From Mobula hypostoma (Eukaryota), in assembly GCF_963921235.1 (NCBI RefSeq), contig NC_086108.1, forward strand, positions 34,412,001 through 34,476,000: a stretch of 64,000 nucleotides of DNA, read 5' to 3'. The position numbers were made by a program, and so were the translations under genes. The notes below the pieces were generated by a model. It did no database searches. It was not told the DNA's origin and saw only the letters and a program-made list of their open reading frames with translations. Positions 63,140 to 64,000 of the stretch are shown here, piece by piece. How positions within the stretch are numbered: position 1 is the stretch's first letter; every line of letters starts with the position of its first letter.

Positions 63140-64000
63140 TACTGACCGCCAAGATGTTCGGGTCAAAATGGTGCGAGCTCCGAGGCCTGTGATGTCATGC
63201 CTCAGACATAGTTGTTCTTTAGATTTGTAGCGATGGTTTTAGGGGCAAAAGGGGGATTTAGGAGTCCAGTTAGGGTGTAGGGACAGGGATGAGGGGAATT
63301 TAGAGGTCAAGGACAGGAGCTGATGTTCAGAGTCCATGTCGGAGCACTCTGTGGTCAAAGGTCAGGGATCCCAGAGTTTGGGTTGGCAGGTGCTGAAGCG
63401 ACCTCAACAGGTTGTTGAGTCCAGGATCAGAGGTCCGTATATGTGGGAGTCACATGGGCCGATGACTGCCTCCCCACCCGCTCCTTCAGGTCAAAATGCT
63501 GGAGGTCTGTATGAGGCTGGAAGCCAAGGCCTGAAGGCAAGTCCTGAGGATAAGGCTTGAAGGTCACGCCCATGATCGGCATTTCCTGGGGGCAATACCC
63601 AGAACTTGGCAGTTTGGAGGGCAAAGCTGAGGGTCAAAGTCTAGAGCTCAGTGAATCCAGAGGTGGAAGACTGAAAATCGAAGCCTATGGGTTGGCTTGT
63701 CTGGAGATCAGAGATCTGATGTCTGCGAGTCCAGGCCAGGGACTGGGGGCCAGAGGCGGCCCGTCCTGGGGTTGGAGACCAGTCTGTCTGTGTGTGTGAG
63801 TGAGTGGGTGGGAGGGTCGGAAATGGGCTTTCTTGTTATCTTGTTTTGTTGCTTTTGTTTTTTGTTGTTGTTCTGCTGGACGTTGTGGCCATGCTATGTT
63901 GGTGCCAGAGTCTGTGGTAACACTTGCAGGCTTCCACCAGCTTATCCTTGGTTGTGCTGTTATTAATGCAAAGGACACATTTCATTTCATGCTTCGATGT
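63140..64000 (+). mobile_element. Non-autonomous repeat with a Rex-type 3' region, truncated by the window end
   Basis: GC-rich body with short internal repeats, ending TAATGCAAAGGACACATTTCA...TGCTTCGATGT like other Rex-type tails. Confidence 0.45.

Overview
Repeat-rich vertebrate genomic DNA. The repeat families (CR1, Rex1/Babar, Neptune-type Penelope-like elements, DeuSINE-like SINEs, Tc1/mariner) suggest a cartilaginous fish, probably a ray; this is inference. Bases 1-8604 are a 28-bp tandem satellite. The only host protein-coding gene I can support is NOS1AP (CAPON) on the + strand: a CpG-rich promoter at about 45.8-46.3 kb, coding exon 1 (46511-46615), a very short 128-nt intron, coding exon 2 (46744-46815), and a long intron 2 that runs past the window end. 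Most ORF-track entries are decayed retroelement fragments or chance ORFs. The most notable observations are: minimal hammerhead ribozyme motifs in Penelope termini, including a TSD-flanked fold-back cassette with an intact core on each strand; a composite element bounded by miniature Tc1 TIR hairpins and present twice; an LTR-like element carrying a duplicated, decayed coiled-coil cargo; and higher-order duplications in an indel-free satellite. Boundaries of old repeats are approximate and family names come from recognised motifs, not database searches.
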